A stretch of 64,000 nucleotides of DNA from an uncultured Gemmatimonadales bacterium (GCA_963828735.1 CAWHFW010000005.1:2432001-2496000), one strand, 5' to 3'; counted from the first letter of the stretch, positions 50,518 through 60,895 are shown. The notes: generated from the letters alone by a model not told the origin. Translations and numbers: made by a program.

Positions 50518-51057
50518 TTACCGGGAGGCGGTCCGCGGGGTACTGATCTCGCCGCTCCACTCAATCGTATAGTCGGTCGGCGAGGTCATCCCTCCCCTAT
50601 AGCTCCCGGTGCCAGTCACCCCATCGTACTGGCCGGTGCCCTTGAGCTTGGACCAAGTTCCTTCGAATCGTGTAATGGGCTTCTGGTCGGGGCCGAGGGT
50701 GGTAGTCACCTTGCCTTGCCAGCGTGTCACCGTCGTGTCCGATCCCAGGATGTCGGTAATGTATCCCTGATGCGGGCCGTTGCCTTGCGTGAGGTCGGCG
50801 ATTTCACGGCTGATCGCCGTGGCACCGTCCATGTACGCTGACTTGCCCGTGTTGCGATTCGAGCCGTGCGACTCGGTGAGAAGTAGGATCGGATCGCGCG
50901 GGCTCGCTACTGGCAGGGCCTGCTGCTGGGCCACCTTCATCGTAAAGACGCCCGAGATCTGGAGCCGCTCCCTCGTCGGACCGGTACCGAGAGTGGCGGC
51001 TGTGATTGCCGGTACTCCGAATGCAACGAGCGCGTAAGCGAGGCTGGACCTGGACAT
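50518..51057 (-). CDS. Secreted beta-barrel-like hypothetical protein
   Basis: Signal peptide; FEGTWSKLKGTGQYDGVTGTGSY motif; AGGAG RBS. Confidence 0.65.
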   Translation of the reverse strand: MSRSSLAYALVAFGVPAITAATLGTGPTRERLQISGVFTMKVAQQQALPVASPRDPILLLTESHGSNRNTGKSAYMDGATAISREIADLTQGNGPHQGYITDILGSDTTVTRWQGKVTTTLGPDQKPITRFEGTWSKLKGTGQYDGVTGTGSYRGGMTSPTDYTIEWSGEISTPRTASR

Positions 51058-51206
51058 GGCGGAATCTCCTGGTATGAGGGTTGGCGGCGGCGCCGGACGG
51101 AATCGCCTTGCAGCCGGTCCGCACGGGGTCTACAATAGGCCCGGAGCATCAGCCCGAAATCACATGGATCTCAGCCGGCGCTTCCCTTCCCGCGGGGCGT
51201 CTCAGG

Positions 51207-53402
51207 GTGTTGCAACTCCAGGTTCTCGGCAGTATCACGGTCACCGCCAACGGCGGCGCGACCAGCGGTGCGGCCGCGCAACGCAAGGCGCTCGCCCTCC
51301 TGGCGTTGCTCGCGGCCGCCGGGAGGCGCGGCCTCAGCCGCGACCGGATCCTGGCCATGCTGTGGCCTGAAACGCCGGCCGATCGGGCCAACCACCGTCT
51401 CACCCAGCTGCTCTACAGCCTGCGGCGCGACCTCGGCTCGGCCGAGCTGTTCCTCGGGTCGGCGGACCTCCGGCTCAATTCCGAGGCACTCGCGGTCGAC
51501 CTGGCTGAGTTCACCGCCGCACTCGAGGGGGGTGAGTTCGCGCGCGCCGTTGCAGCCTATGGGGGCCCTTTCCTGGATGGGTTCTTTCTCAGCGGCGCGT
51601 CCGACTTCGAGCACTGGGTGGAGCAGGAGCGTGCCCGCCTCGCTCAACGGCATACCGCCGCCCTGGAGGCGCTGGCCCGCGGCGCCGCCATGGACGGAGA
51701 CATTGTGGCGTCCGCCGGTTGGTGGCGGCAGCTGGCTCTGGTCGAGCCGCTCAACAGCCGTGTGGCCGTCTGTTACATGGAGGCGCTCGCCACCGCCGGC
51801 GATCGGCCCAGCGCCCTTCGCTTCGCGCGGGCGCACGAGACGCTGCTGCGCGATGAGTTCGACACGGGGCCAGATGCAGCGGTTGTCGCCGCGGCCGAGC
51901 GACTGAGGTGCCTGCCGGCCGCATCGCCGGCTACCGGTGCGTCGGCCGCGCCTGCCATCGCCGTACTGCCGCTCGCTAATCTCACACCTGACGGTGAGGC
52001 TGAGTATTTCAGCGATGGATTGACGGAAGAACTCGCTAACGCCCTGGCCCGAGTACCCGGCCTGCGCGTCGCCTCCCGCACATCGGTCTACGCCCTCCGT
52101 GGCAAAGGTCTGGACGTGCGGGAGATCGCCGACCAGCTAGGGGTGATCGCGCTAGTGGAGGGCACTGTGCGCAAGGTGGGGAACCGCATCCGCCTGTGTG
52201 TCCGGCTGCTCGATGCGGGTGACGGCTCCCAACTTTGGTCGGATACCTACGACCGAACCCTTGAGGACGTGTTTGTGCTTCAGGAGGAGTTGTCGCGAGC
52301 GGTGACGGCGGCGCTGCCCGTCGGGCTAGGCCGCCGTACGCCTCCGTCGGTGCGTCCACCGACGACCCTGCTGGACGCGTATACGCTGTACCTTCGCGGT
52401 CGGTATGCGGCCCAGAAGCGAACGCCTGAAGGGCTATCCCTGGGGATCGAGTACTACGAACAGGCGGTCGAGCGGGATCCGGGCTTCGCCCTAGCTCATG
52501 CCGGGCTCGCCGAGTGCTGGGCGCTCCGCGGGTTTCCGGAGTTCGGCGATTTGGAGTGGTCTAAGGCCGTGCCGCGGGCGCGCGCGGCCGCCCTTGAGGC
52601 CCTCCGGCTCGATCCGCGCCTGGCTCAGACCCATACTTGGCTCGGCGTCATCCACTTTCTCTATGACTGGGACTGGGCCGCCGCGGAGGCGGAGTTCCGC
52701 CGAGCGCTCCACCTGGATCCGAACCACGCCATCGCCGAACTTTGGTACGCAGTTTTCTTGGGGGCGATGGGACGACATGAGGAGAGTCTCCGGCGCATTC
52801 TCCATGCTGAGGCGGTCGAGCCGCTCTCACTTCCGATTCGGCTCTCAGTGGGTCGTTGCTACTACTACGCCCGGCGCTACGAGCAGGCGCACGATGCGCT
52901 GGCTAGCCTGCTGAAGAGCGAGCCGGGCCACGAGCTCACGGTGGTCTGGCTGGCTAGGACCCTCTGCGCTCTCAACCGGCCGCTCGATGCGGTGGACCTG
53001 TTGGAGCGGCTGGTGGGGGCGGAGCGAACCCCGTATGTCCGTTTCATGCTCGCCTACTCGCTTGCGACCTCGGGTCGTGAAGAGGAGGCGCGTGTGCTAT
53101 ACGGTGACCTGCAAAGGGACTTCGCTGAAGGACGCGCGGGGGCTCTGTGGATGGGAGCGATTCTGGCACGTCTGGGCGAGCGCAACGCCGGCTTGGAGCT
53201 CTTGCAGGAGGCCGTCCGTCGCCGGGAGCCCTTCGTCGTCTGGCTCCCGTGCGATGAGCGTTATGATCCGCTTCACAATCACCCGGGCTTTATCGCCCTG
53301 CTCCGGGAGCTTCGATTCGGCGCTGCTGTAGACGCGGCCGATTCCAACGAGGTGAATCTTCCCTTGTCCGAGACTCGGTCGGGTAAGCTTGGCCGAGAAT
53401 AA
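51207..53402 (+). CDS. SARP-like regulator: wHTH + BTAD + TolB-like + TPR
   Basis: LQVLG..LALLA..SRDRILAMLWPE, GPFLDGF..FEHW, IAVLPLANL..EYFSDGLTEEL and TPR repeats. GTG start approximate. Confidence 0.9.
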   Translation: MLQLQVLGSITVTANGGATSGAAAQRKALALLALLAAAGRRGLSRDRILAMLWPETPADRANHRLTQLLYSLRRDLGSAELFLGSADLRLNSEALAVDLAEFTAALEGGEFARAVAAYGGPFLDGFFLSGASDFEHWVEQERARLAQRHTAALEALARGAAMDGDIVASAGWWRQLALVEPLNSRVAVCYMEALATAGDRPSALRFARAHETLLRDEFDTGPDAAVVAAAERLRCLPAASPATGASAAPAIAVLPLANLTPDGEAEYFSDGLTEELANALARVPGLRVASRTSVYALRGKGLDVREIADQLGVIALVEGTVRKVGNRIRLCVRLLDAGDGSQLWSDTYDRTLEDVFVLQEELSRAVTAALPVGLGRRTPPSVRPPTTLLDAYTLYLRGRYAAQKRTPEGLSLGIEYYEQAVERDPGFALAHAGLAECWALRGFPEFGDLEWSKAVPRARAAALEALRLDPRLAQTHTWLGVIHFLYDWDWAAAEAEFRRALHLDPNHAIAELWYAVFLGAMGRHEESLRRILHAEAVEPLSLPIRLSVGRCYYYARRYEQAHDALASLLKSEPGHELTVVWLARTLCALNRPLDAVDLLERLVGAERTPYVRFMLAYSLATSGREEEARVLYGDLQRDFAEGRAGALWMGAILARLGERNAGLELLQEAVRRREPFVVWLPCDERYDPLHNHPGFIALLRELRFGAAVDAADSNEVNLPLSETRSGKLGRE

Positions 53403-53468
53403 GCGCCACATCAGGTACGCTGATGTGGCGCTTCGCCTATTTCCATGGGGTGTGAGTCAGTGAGTGAG
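53401..53468 (+). repeat. Right-half junction without tRNA sequence (hairpin + TGAGT arm)
   Basis: AAGCGCCACATCAG-GTACG-CTGATGTGGCGCTT-CGCCTATTT..GGGGTGTGAGTCAGTGAGTGAG, laid out as after R3b and R4. Confidence 0.75.
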
Positions 53469-53587
53469 GCTATTCCGGCGCTCTAGCCTCGACTGCACGT
53501 TGAAGCGACGCTAGCCGGCGCAGTGGAAGCTGATTCGGACCACGCAGAGGAATTGACGAGGCTGCCAACCAGCATCCCACGCGGCCA

Positions 53588-53724
53588 GCAGACTCCGACA
53601 TTTGAGTGAGGAAGGTACGGCAAGGTCGAGCATTCAAGCCAGCAAACCCCAGCATCGGGTGACGCGAACTCGCGTAATTGGTAGCAAGTTGCTGGAGTTT
53701 GGGTGGTTACAGCGGCTCCTCTGG
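53588..53724 (+). repeat. Left-half junction R7 (arm ending at CTCTGG)
   Basis: Complete ~130-bp arm; identity to the tRNA stops after CTCTGG. Confidence 0.9.
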
Positions 53725-53726
53725 CC

Positions 53727-53849
53727 TCACGCCCTGCGTTTTGTGTCGAACGTGGGCGGCCCTGGCTTCACGAACTCCGCCACGGCGCGCAGGGTGTCGT
53801 CATCCGGCTGCTGGTAACAGTCGATGAGCGTGCTGATGTCCTTCCAGCA
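53727..53849 (-). pseudogene. Tyrosine recombinase extreme C-terminal remnant
   Basis: Manual translation WKDISTLIDCYQQPDDDTLRAVAEFVKPGPPTFDTKRRA*. Confidence 0.7.
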
Positions 53850-54428
53850 TCAAGAGTTCTCTGGCGATTATAGTCGCCGCCTGTTTCAAATCAGCTATGG
53901 CGGGAAGGTGCTGAACTCGCAACGAACGTTCGATCTGCTTCTGAATGCCTCGAAGTTTCATAAGGATCGCGACAAGCAGGTTGCACTCGAAGAGCTCAGG
54001 AAGGTGTTCCCGCCCGATATTTCTGGACGCGGTGTTCTATGACATTCTCGTGGACAAAGCCGTCGCCATGTTGAACCCGGCGTATTTGATTGGGCAGCTG
54101 CAGCGGCTCACGGGCACGCCAGAAGCGTCCGAGGGACCTCCTCCAGATGCGTTCTCTGGTGGTGTTGGAAGGTAGTTGAGCGTCTCAGGCGAGGGCACGG
54201 GAAGGGTCCGCTGCTCGGCCCAGACGCCAGCCGCCTCATCATTGCCCGGAACCTGTCCGTGCCCTTGAGTATCCGTTTCCAATGCAATGATCGCAATCAG
54301 ATGTGGAAGAACTTTAAGTTAAGGTACCGGTTCATCATTTCAGGCCGGTCAGATATCGGGCCCTAGACCCCAAGGCGAAGGGCCGATACCACTTCGGTGG
54401 GTCGGGCCGTTCGCTTCCGCGCCCGCTG

Positions 54429-57395
54429 CTACTCAACACCGAGCCGCACCAGCCCTTCCCGCGCTTCCGCCACGTAGGGCAGCAGCTCCCGATCTGGTCG
54501 GCGCCAAGCCGCCAGCACGAAGCCGAAGCACTCGGCCGCCTTCCGCGCGTCCCCGAGCCGTTCGGCGATACGGCCGAGCTCGAGCGTGGCGAGCACGAAC
54601 GAGGGCGTGCTGCCGCCGCTCCACCGCCAGCGCTCCAGCACGGCGCCGGCGCGCCGATCGTCACCGCGAGCCGCCAGGAGCCGCGCCAGCGTCAGGTTCA
54701 GGTGAAAGCAGTTGGCGGTGTACCAGTCGGCCAGGCAGAGCGTGTCGGGGATCGCGCTCAGCTTCCGGATCGCCGCGCCCGTATCCCCTCGTGCCAGATC
54801 GAGGAACGCGACGCTCGTCTCTCCGAGCAGCCGAGCCCGCAGGGCCGCGTACGGGGTGGCGGGTGCCCGCGCCGTGCGAGCCGCCTGGGCGCCGAAGCGG
54901 CGCAGGGCCGCCGTGTCGCCGCGCGACAGCCACCAGGGCAGCCCCCTCAAGTGACGGGGAGTGTAGAAGAGCCCCCAGGCGGCAGTTGTCTCGAGGGAGC
55001 GACCGAAGGTCGCACGGGCCAGCGAGTCCGGAACGATCCCGAGCAGGCTGAGATCCACGGAAGGGGCGACTGAAGTCGCTCCACGGCGAGGCCAAGGGCT
55101 GGCGCAGCAGCCGCTCATTCACGGCATAGGCCTCGCGCAGGTGGCCCCGGAATGCGAGTGCGCGAGCCAGGTACTGCGGCCACATGACCGAGTCGCGGAC
55201 CCAAGGGACGACGCCTCCACCTGCGTCTCGGCCAGGCTCGCCGAGGCGCCGCAGCACCCGAATTGCGGTCTCGGCCGTGTCGGTCCAGGAGGAGAGCTGG
55301 TTGAGCGCAGCGCCCCAGATGGTGTAGACCGATGCCGTGTCGAGCATTCGCTCCGCCTCGGCTCTGCCGCCGGGACCCGGATCCAGCAACAGCGCCGCCA
55401 AGCGGATTTCGGATCCGTGCGGGGAGGTCGAGTCGAGGGCCAGGTAGGTGGCCGCGTAGCGCCGGGATTCCTCCGGGCGTCCAAGGGACAGAAGCAGTGC
55501 CGGCATGTGCTCGTAGGCTGGCCCGAAGCCCGGATCCAGCGCGATTGCGCGGGTGAAGGCCTCGAGTGACACGGCCGGCGGCCCGGCAATGGGCCATGGT
55601 TCGTGGTCCATGCGCCATTCGCCTAGCGCATACCAGGACACGGGGTCTTCGGGGTAGCGTCGGACCGCCTCCTCCGCCGCCGACACTGCGCGGAATTTCA
55701 GGTGGACGAACGCCTCCGCATCGGTCACCTCCGCCGCTGCGAGGTTGAAGGAGTCGGCGACGATGTAGAGACTGTCCCGCGGGGGAAGCCCGTGGTTGTG
55801 GAGGGTCGCACGCCGCCGGTACTCCTCTTGTGGCCGGTACGCGCCGGTCGTCGGCGGGTTCCAGCCGAGCACCATGGCCATCTGTGCCAGCGGCAGCGCG
55901 AACGTGCTGTCGGCCGCGATCGCCTGATCGTAGCGGGTGAGCGCCGAGTCCCACTGCCCCCGCCGGTAGAACTGTTCGCCCTGGAGGAACGCCTTCAGCG
56001 CCGGCAGCGACTTCGAGCCGATCGACGTCCCGCGGGCCGAGCCGATCGCCCGGGCGGGCGAGAGCACCCTCAGCGCCCGGATCCCCAGGGAGTCAGCCAG
56101 CTCGGCGATGCGGGCGGCCTCCCCCGACACCTCGATGTCCGTCTTTCCCATTCCTCCGGCACGGTCGAGCAGGGCGGCGCGGAGCGTCACCGAGTCCCGC
56201 CCTCGCCGCACCACCGCGCCGTAGAGGACCAGCCCCGCGCCGGTGCGGCGGCCCAGCTCCTCGGCGGATGTACGATCGGCCCGGCCGCTCCAGCGCCGGA
56301 GCACCACGCTCGGCGACACCGTGCGGATCGGGCCGGCCCCGTCGAGCGTGCGGGAGAGCACGTCGCCCATCCCCTCCCGCCAGACCTCGAGTGACGGCTC
56401 CAGCACCTCGAACGGGGCGACCGCGAGCAGGTTGGCGTCGCGGGCGTCTTCGGCGGCAGGCCGAGTGCGGAGCCAGACGCCGGCGCCGGCGAGAGCGACC
56501 AGGAGCACCGCCGCAGCGGCCAGCAGACCTCGTCGAACGGCCGGACTCACGGCCCCGCTGGGCGCGCCTGCCGCGGCTTCCAGCGCCCTCGCGAAGGCCG
56601 GCGCGTCCGCGAACCGGTCCGCCGGCGCGCGGGCCAGCGCCTGCCTTACGGCGCGCTCGACCGGTCGCGGGACGTCACGCACCGTGCAGAGGTCGGGCAC
56701 GGGATCCGTCAGCCGACGGGCGATGAGGGCCTGTGCCGTCCGCCCGGTGAACGGCGGCTCGCCCGCGAGCATCTCGTACACCACGCACCCGAGCGAGTAG
56801 ATATCGCTTCGGGGGTCGAGATGATGGTCGGCCGCGGCCTGCTCCGGACTCATGTAGGCCGGCGTGCCCAGCGCGAAGCCGGTCTCCGTCAGGCGCTCGC
56901 CGGCGGCGTCCACGGCTCGGGCGACGCCGAAGTCGGCGAGCACGCATCGCTCGCCCTGGAGCAGGATGTTCTCGGGCTTGACGTCGCGATGGATGATGCC
57001 CTGCCGCTGGGCGTATCCCAGCGCGTCGGCCACCGCCCGGGTGATCCGCACCGCATCCGCCAGCGGGAGCTGGGGCTCGCGCGTCAGTCGGTTCCGGAGC
57101 GACTCGCCCTCCACGTAGGGCATAGTGAACCAGAGCCGGCCGACAGTTTCACCGGAGTCGTGGACCGACAGGATGTGTGGGTGGTCGAGGCGGCCGGCAA
57201 GCTTGATCTCCCGGATGAACCGCTCGGGACCCAGCGCGTGCGCCAGCTCGGGATGCAGGACCTTCAGGGCGACCGGCCGGTCGTGCCGGAGATCGCGGGC
57301 GAGATAGACCGTGGCCATGCCGCCACGGCCGAGCTCACGCTCGAGCACGTAGCGGTCCCGGAACGCGTCGGCGAGCTCTTGGTTGACTGACGTCG
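54429..57395 (-). CDS. Hanks-type Ser/Thr kinase with TM, TolB-like and TPR region; frameshift near 55070
   Basis: LGRGGMATVY, HRDVKPEN, DFG, GTPAYMSPEQ. The C-terminal helices (VDLSLLGIVP..EAREGLVRLGVE) continue in ORF 54429-55118. Start approximate. Confidence 0.9.
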
Positions 57396-57562
57396 CGTCA
57401 CTGCCTAAGGAGAGATACTGCAATGTGTCGGGCGAACTCGGGCGCCGCCAGCCGCGATTCGAGGCTTCCGGATCGGAGAGAGCAACAGCGGTAACGCTGC
57501 TCGTCAGTCCACGGGCTCGTAACGGACCGCTCCGTCGGCGATGATGATGTGCCTCAGTCCCG

Positions 57563-57715
57563 ACAAACTCTGACATTTGTGTGAGTAAAGTACGGCAAAG
57601 TCGAGCATGAAACCCAGCAAACTCCAGCATCGGGTGCCACGAACTCGCGTAAAGGGTAACAAGTTGCTGGACTTCGGCTGGTTACCACGGCCCCTCTGGA
57701 TCAGGAGAGGCCCAG
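57563..57715 (+). repeat. Junction R8 (arm + truncated tRNA half 57694-57709)
   Basis: Arm almost identical to R5; the tRNA match ends at GGAGAG, then GCCCAG. Confidence 0.95.
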
Positions 57716-57727
57716 CTGCGTCCGGTC

Positions 57728-60700
57728 TCAGTGCCGGCCCGCGGCACGAAGGAGCTCGGCCAGCTCGATTCGGACCGTGTCAGCTTGAGCCCTGAGCCGG
57801 GGCTCGGGGGCACTCCGAAGCGCGAGATAGTGACGATAGGCCCGGATCGCGCCCGCCGTGTCACCCAGTGACGCTGCGAGGCGGCCCTCTTCCCGGCGAT
57901 AGCGCACGTAGTGAGGATAGGTGGCGCAGCCGATGATCCGCCGGCGAAGGGCGGCCAGCGCAGCCGCCGTATCGCCGGCGTCCTCGTGGAGTCGCGCGGC
58001 GACCAGGTTGCCATAGGTGAAGAGTGGGGGTCTGCCGAAGTCGAAAACGTTGAAAGGCATCCGCGGGTTCGCCAGCACGGAGTCGAGCTGCCGCAGGCGC
58101 ATCCGGGCTTCAGGTGAGCCTTCGCGCGCATCGAGTTGAGCTTCGAGCAGTAGCGCAAAGGCGCGAGGCTCGTCGGCCTGCCACACGCTGTCGGGGTGGG
58201 GCTTTGCCCCGCGGAGGTCGGCAATGGCTAGACGCACCGGGCTCAGGTTACCGACCTTCAGGTTGTACTGGCCCGCCGCGTAGCGCGCCAAGGTTGCGTC
58301 GCGATCTGCGGCGGCGAATCGTGATCCAAGTTGCCGCTCCAGGCTTCGTGCCCCCTCGGCGGCTTGCCCGGAATCACCATCGGCAAACAGCCCGTCTAGT
58401 ACGGCGAGACTCTGCCCGCCAATGCCTGGCCAAACCCTTGAGAGGGGGGGCGATTTACCGGGCCGTCCAGAGGTCAGCTCGTAGCGACTCCAGAGTAAGG
58501 CAGCGAGCTTCCGTTCCTCCGCGGTCGCCGCCTGAGCGTACGCGCGTCGGTATAAGTGCTCCACGCCGCCGGTGTCGAGAGGCACGGCTCCGTCCAAGGC
58601 ATTGACGAGCAGATTTGTCGGCAAGGGGCCGAGGGCGCTGTCGCTCGCGAGCAATCGCCGGGCTTCTGCCGTATCACCCAGCCATACGGCGGGATGCCAC
58701 AGCCGCGCAATCGTGAACGACGACACGGAGTCTACTTGCCGGAGGAGGGCTCGCCCGCGAAGCACGCCGGCCGTATCATCGAAGAGCGCGGCGACCTCGG
58801 TCAAGTGCTGAAGGGTTGGGGCGTAGCTCGAGTCGAGCGTCAGCGAGCGAGCAAAGGCTGCGACTGCACGCGGAAGTGCCTCGGGTACGCTGGCCAGGGC
58901 GCCAAGGTGGAAGAGGCCGTCGGCGAGCTTGTACCATGCGTCCGGGCTATCCGGAGCCAGCTCCACGAGGCGCTCCGTCGTTTCCACCATGTCGCGCGCC
59001 CCGGAAGGTGCGGGGTACCTCGGGCCGAGTTGAACGGTGAGGCGGGCCAGATCTCGGGCCGACAAGCGATCGCGGTGGCGCCAGGCAGCCTCCACGGGTG
59101 CATCGCTTCGTCCACTCGTCTGCCACTCGCCGGCTCGCGCCGTGCCCACGCCCGCGAGCGCGAAGGTGGAATCGATCTGGAACGCGTTGACGAACTTCTC
59201 GGACGCTTCACCGAACCTGCCTCGCCTCAGCAGCGCCTCGCCGTCCAGGTAGGCCCGCAGCGCCGGCAGTGACGTGCTGGTGAGCCCAGCGAGCCGCTGC
59301 TCCCCCTCTCCCGACCCGAGCGCGAGGAGGGTCGCCGCCAGGCGGTCCACGAGCTGCGTCAGGCTGTCCGGCGAACCCTCCGCCGTCGCGCGGGCACGCA
59401 CCGACCCGCTCGGCACGTCCACGATGCGGGCGCTCAGGGAGACCCTGCCGCGACTGCCGACGACTTCCCCTTCCACCATCCGTCCCGCACCGAGAGCTGC
59501 AGCCACCCGGACCGCGTCGTCCTCAGGCAGCTCACCGCCTCCGCGCGAGGCGCGGCCCCAGGCGGCCAGGAGCGTTCGGGGGTCTGCCGGCCGCAGGGCC
59601 GCCGTGCCGCTCAGCTTGGTCGACAGGAGGTCTACCATTCCCTCCCGCAGGTAGCCGAGTGAGGAATCCGCACCGGTGACCCGGAAGGGGGCGACGGCGA
59701 TGACGCTCCGGTCGAGGGCCACCGGCCGCTCATGGTTTCGCATGAGCGCCACCATGGCCACGAGCGTCAGGGCCGCGCCGCCGCCTGCCACGAGCCAGCG
59801 GGTGCGGTGGGACCCTTCCTGGTGCCGCGCTGGGGCCCGCTCGAGGACATGGGTGGCGGCCGGCGTCGCGACGCTGGGCCGAAGCGACTGGGCCATCTCA
59901 CCCGCCGACGCGAACCGGTCCGCCGGCGTGCGGGCGAGCGCGCGCTGCACGACGTCGTCCACGTCAGCCGGCACCTCCGGCCGCGTCACGCGAACGGGCG
60001 TAGGCGAAGTGCTGAATCGCTTCGCCATGATTGCCTGCGCCGTAGGTCCCGTGAACGGCGGCTCACCGCAAAGCATTTCGTACAGCACGCATCCCAGTGA
60101 GTAGATGTCGCTTCGGGCATCGAGCTGGCGCTCACCTGCCGCCTGCTCCGGGCTCATGTACGCGGGGGTGCCCACGGTGAGCCCGGTCTGGGTCAGCGCC
60201 TCCTCGCTCGCGAGCGCGCGGGCCACCCCGAAGTCCGCGATGAGCGTGTTGCCGTCACGGGTGAGGAGCAGGTTCTCGGGCTTGATGTCGCGGTGGAGGA
60301 CGTCGTGCTCGTGGGCGTATTGGAGGGCCTGTGCCGCTTCGCGCCCGATCCGGAGGGCGTCCTCGAGCGAGAGCTGCCGGTCGCGCGTCAGTCGCTCGCG
60401 CAGGCTCTCGCCCTCGACGTACGGCATGGTGAACCAGAGCTGTCCACCCGACTCGCCCGAGTCGAGCACGGTGAGGATGTGCGGGTGCTGCAACCGGGCT
60501 GCATAGCGGATTTCGCGCTGGAAGCGATCGGGACCGAGCGTGGTGGTAAGGTCAGGGTGGAGTACCTTCAGCGCCACCGATCGGTCGTGCCTGAGGTCGT
60601 GCGCGAGATAGACCGTAGCCATGCCACCACGGCCGAGCTCGCGCTCGAGCGTGTAGCGGTCGGTCAGGGCGGCCTTGAGGCTTTCCAGAGGCTCGGTCAG
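57728..60700 (-). CDS. Hanks-type Ser/Thr kinase with TM, TolB-like and TPR region
   Basis: LTDRYTLERELGRGGMATVY, HRDIKPEN, DFG, GTPAYMSPEQ. The frame extends upstream of the ATG at 60622; start uncertain. Confidence 0.92.
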   Translation of the reverse strand: MTEPLESLKAALTDRYTLERELGRGGMATVYLAHDLRHDRSVALKVLHPDLTTTLGPDRFQREIRYAARLQHPHILTVLDSGESGGQLWFTMPYVEGESLRERLTRDRQLSLEDALRIGREAAQALQYAHEHDVLHRDIKPENLLLTRDGNTLIADFGVARALASEEALTQTGLTVGTPAYMSPEQAAGERQLDARSDIYSLGCVLYEMLCGEPPFTGPTAQAIMAKRFSTSPTPVRVTRPEVPADVDDVVQRALARTPADRFASAGEMAQSLRPSVATPAATHVLERAPARHQEGSHRTRWLVAGGGAALTLVAMVALMRNHERPVALDRSVIAVAPFRVTGADSSLGYLREGMVDLLSTKLSGTAALRPADPRTLLAAWGRASRGGGELPEDDAVRVAAALGAGRMVEGEVVGSRGRVSLSARIVDVPSGSVRARATAEGSPDSLTQLVDRLAATLLALGSGEGEQRLAGLTSTSLPALRAYLDGEALLRRGRFGEASEKFVNAFQIDSTFALAGVGTARAGEWQTSGRSDAPVEAAWRHRDRLSARDLARLTVQLGPRYPAPSGARDMVETTERLVELAPDSPDAWYKLADGLFHLGALASVPEALPRAVAAFARSLTLDSSYAPTLQHLTEVAALFDDTAGVLRGRALLRQVDSVSSFTIARLWHPAVWLGDTAEARRLLASDSALGPLPTNLLVNALDGAVPLDTGGVEHLYRRAYAQAATAEERKLAALLWSRYELTSGRPGKSPPLSRVWPGIGGQSLAVLDGLFADGDSGQAAEGARSLERQLGSRFAAADRDATLARYAAGQYNLKVGNLSPVRLAIADLRGAKPHPDSVWQADEPRAFALLLEAQLDAREGSPEARMRLRQLDSVLANPRMPFNVFDFGRPPLFTYGNLVAARLHEDAGDTAAALAALRRRIIGCATYPHYVRYRREEGRLAASLGDTAGAIRAYRHYLALRSAPEPRLRAQADTVRIELAELLRAAGRH

Positions 60701-60895
60701 AGAGACGTGCCGGAGCGGGGTACCTCTAGGCTATACCCGAGGGCACTGACAGACCAGAGCCAGCCGCAATTGCTACCGTTTCTGCTACAGTTTCTCCGGG
60801 CAAAACCGGGCATTTCTGGGCAGGGAAGCGGGCACCATGCTCGGTAAGTGACCGTTTCCGGGCAACTTGACCGGAACCGCTGCCCCGGCGGTACC

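Noticed and set aside
53850..54330. Defence-gene call for the lower-GC fragments after R7
   Set aside because: Only short broken frames with no motif I can recognise; left unannotated.
57396..57630. N-terminal extension of the kinase and the recurring small ORFs MLEFAGFHA..LLTQM, CPSWARTRTLLIQ and SGSGESWFEPRRG
   Set aside because: These are translations of the repeat and tRNA half. Frames and stops differ between copies, so they are not a protein family.
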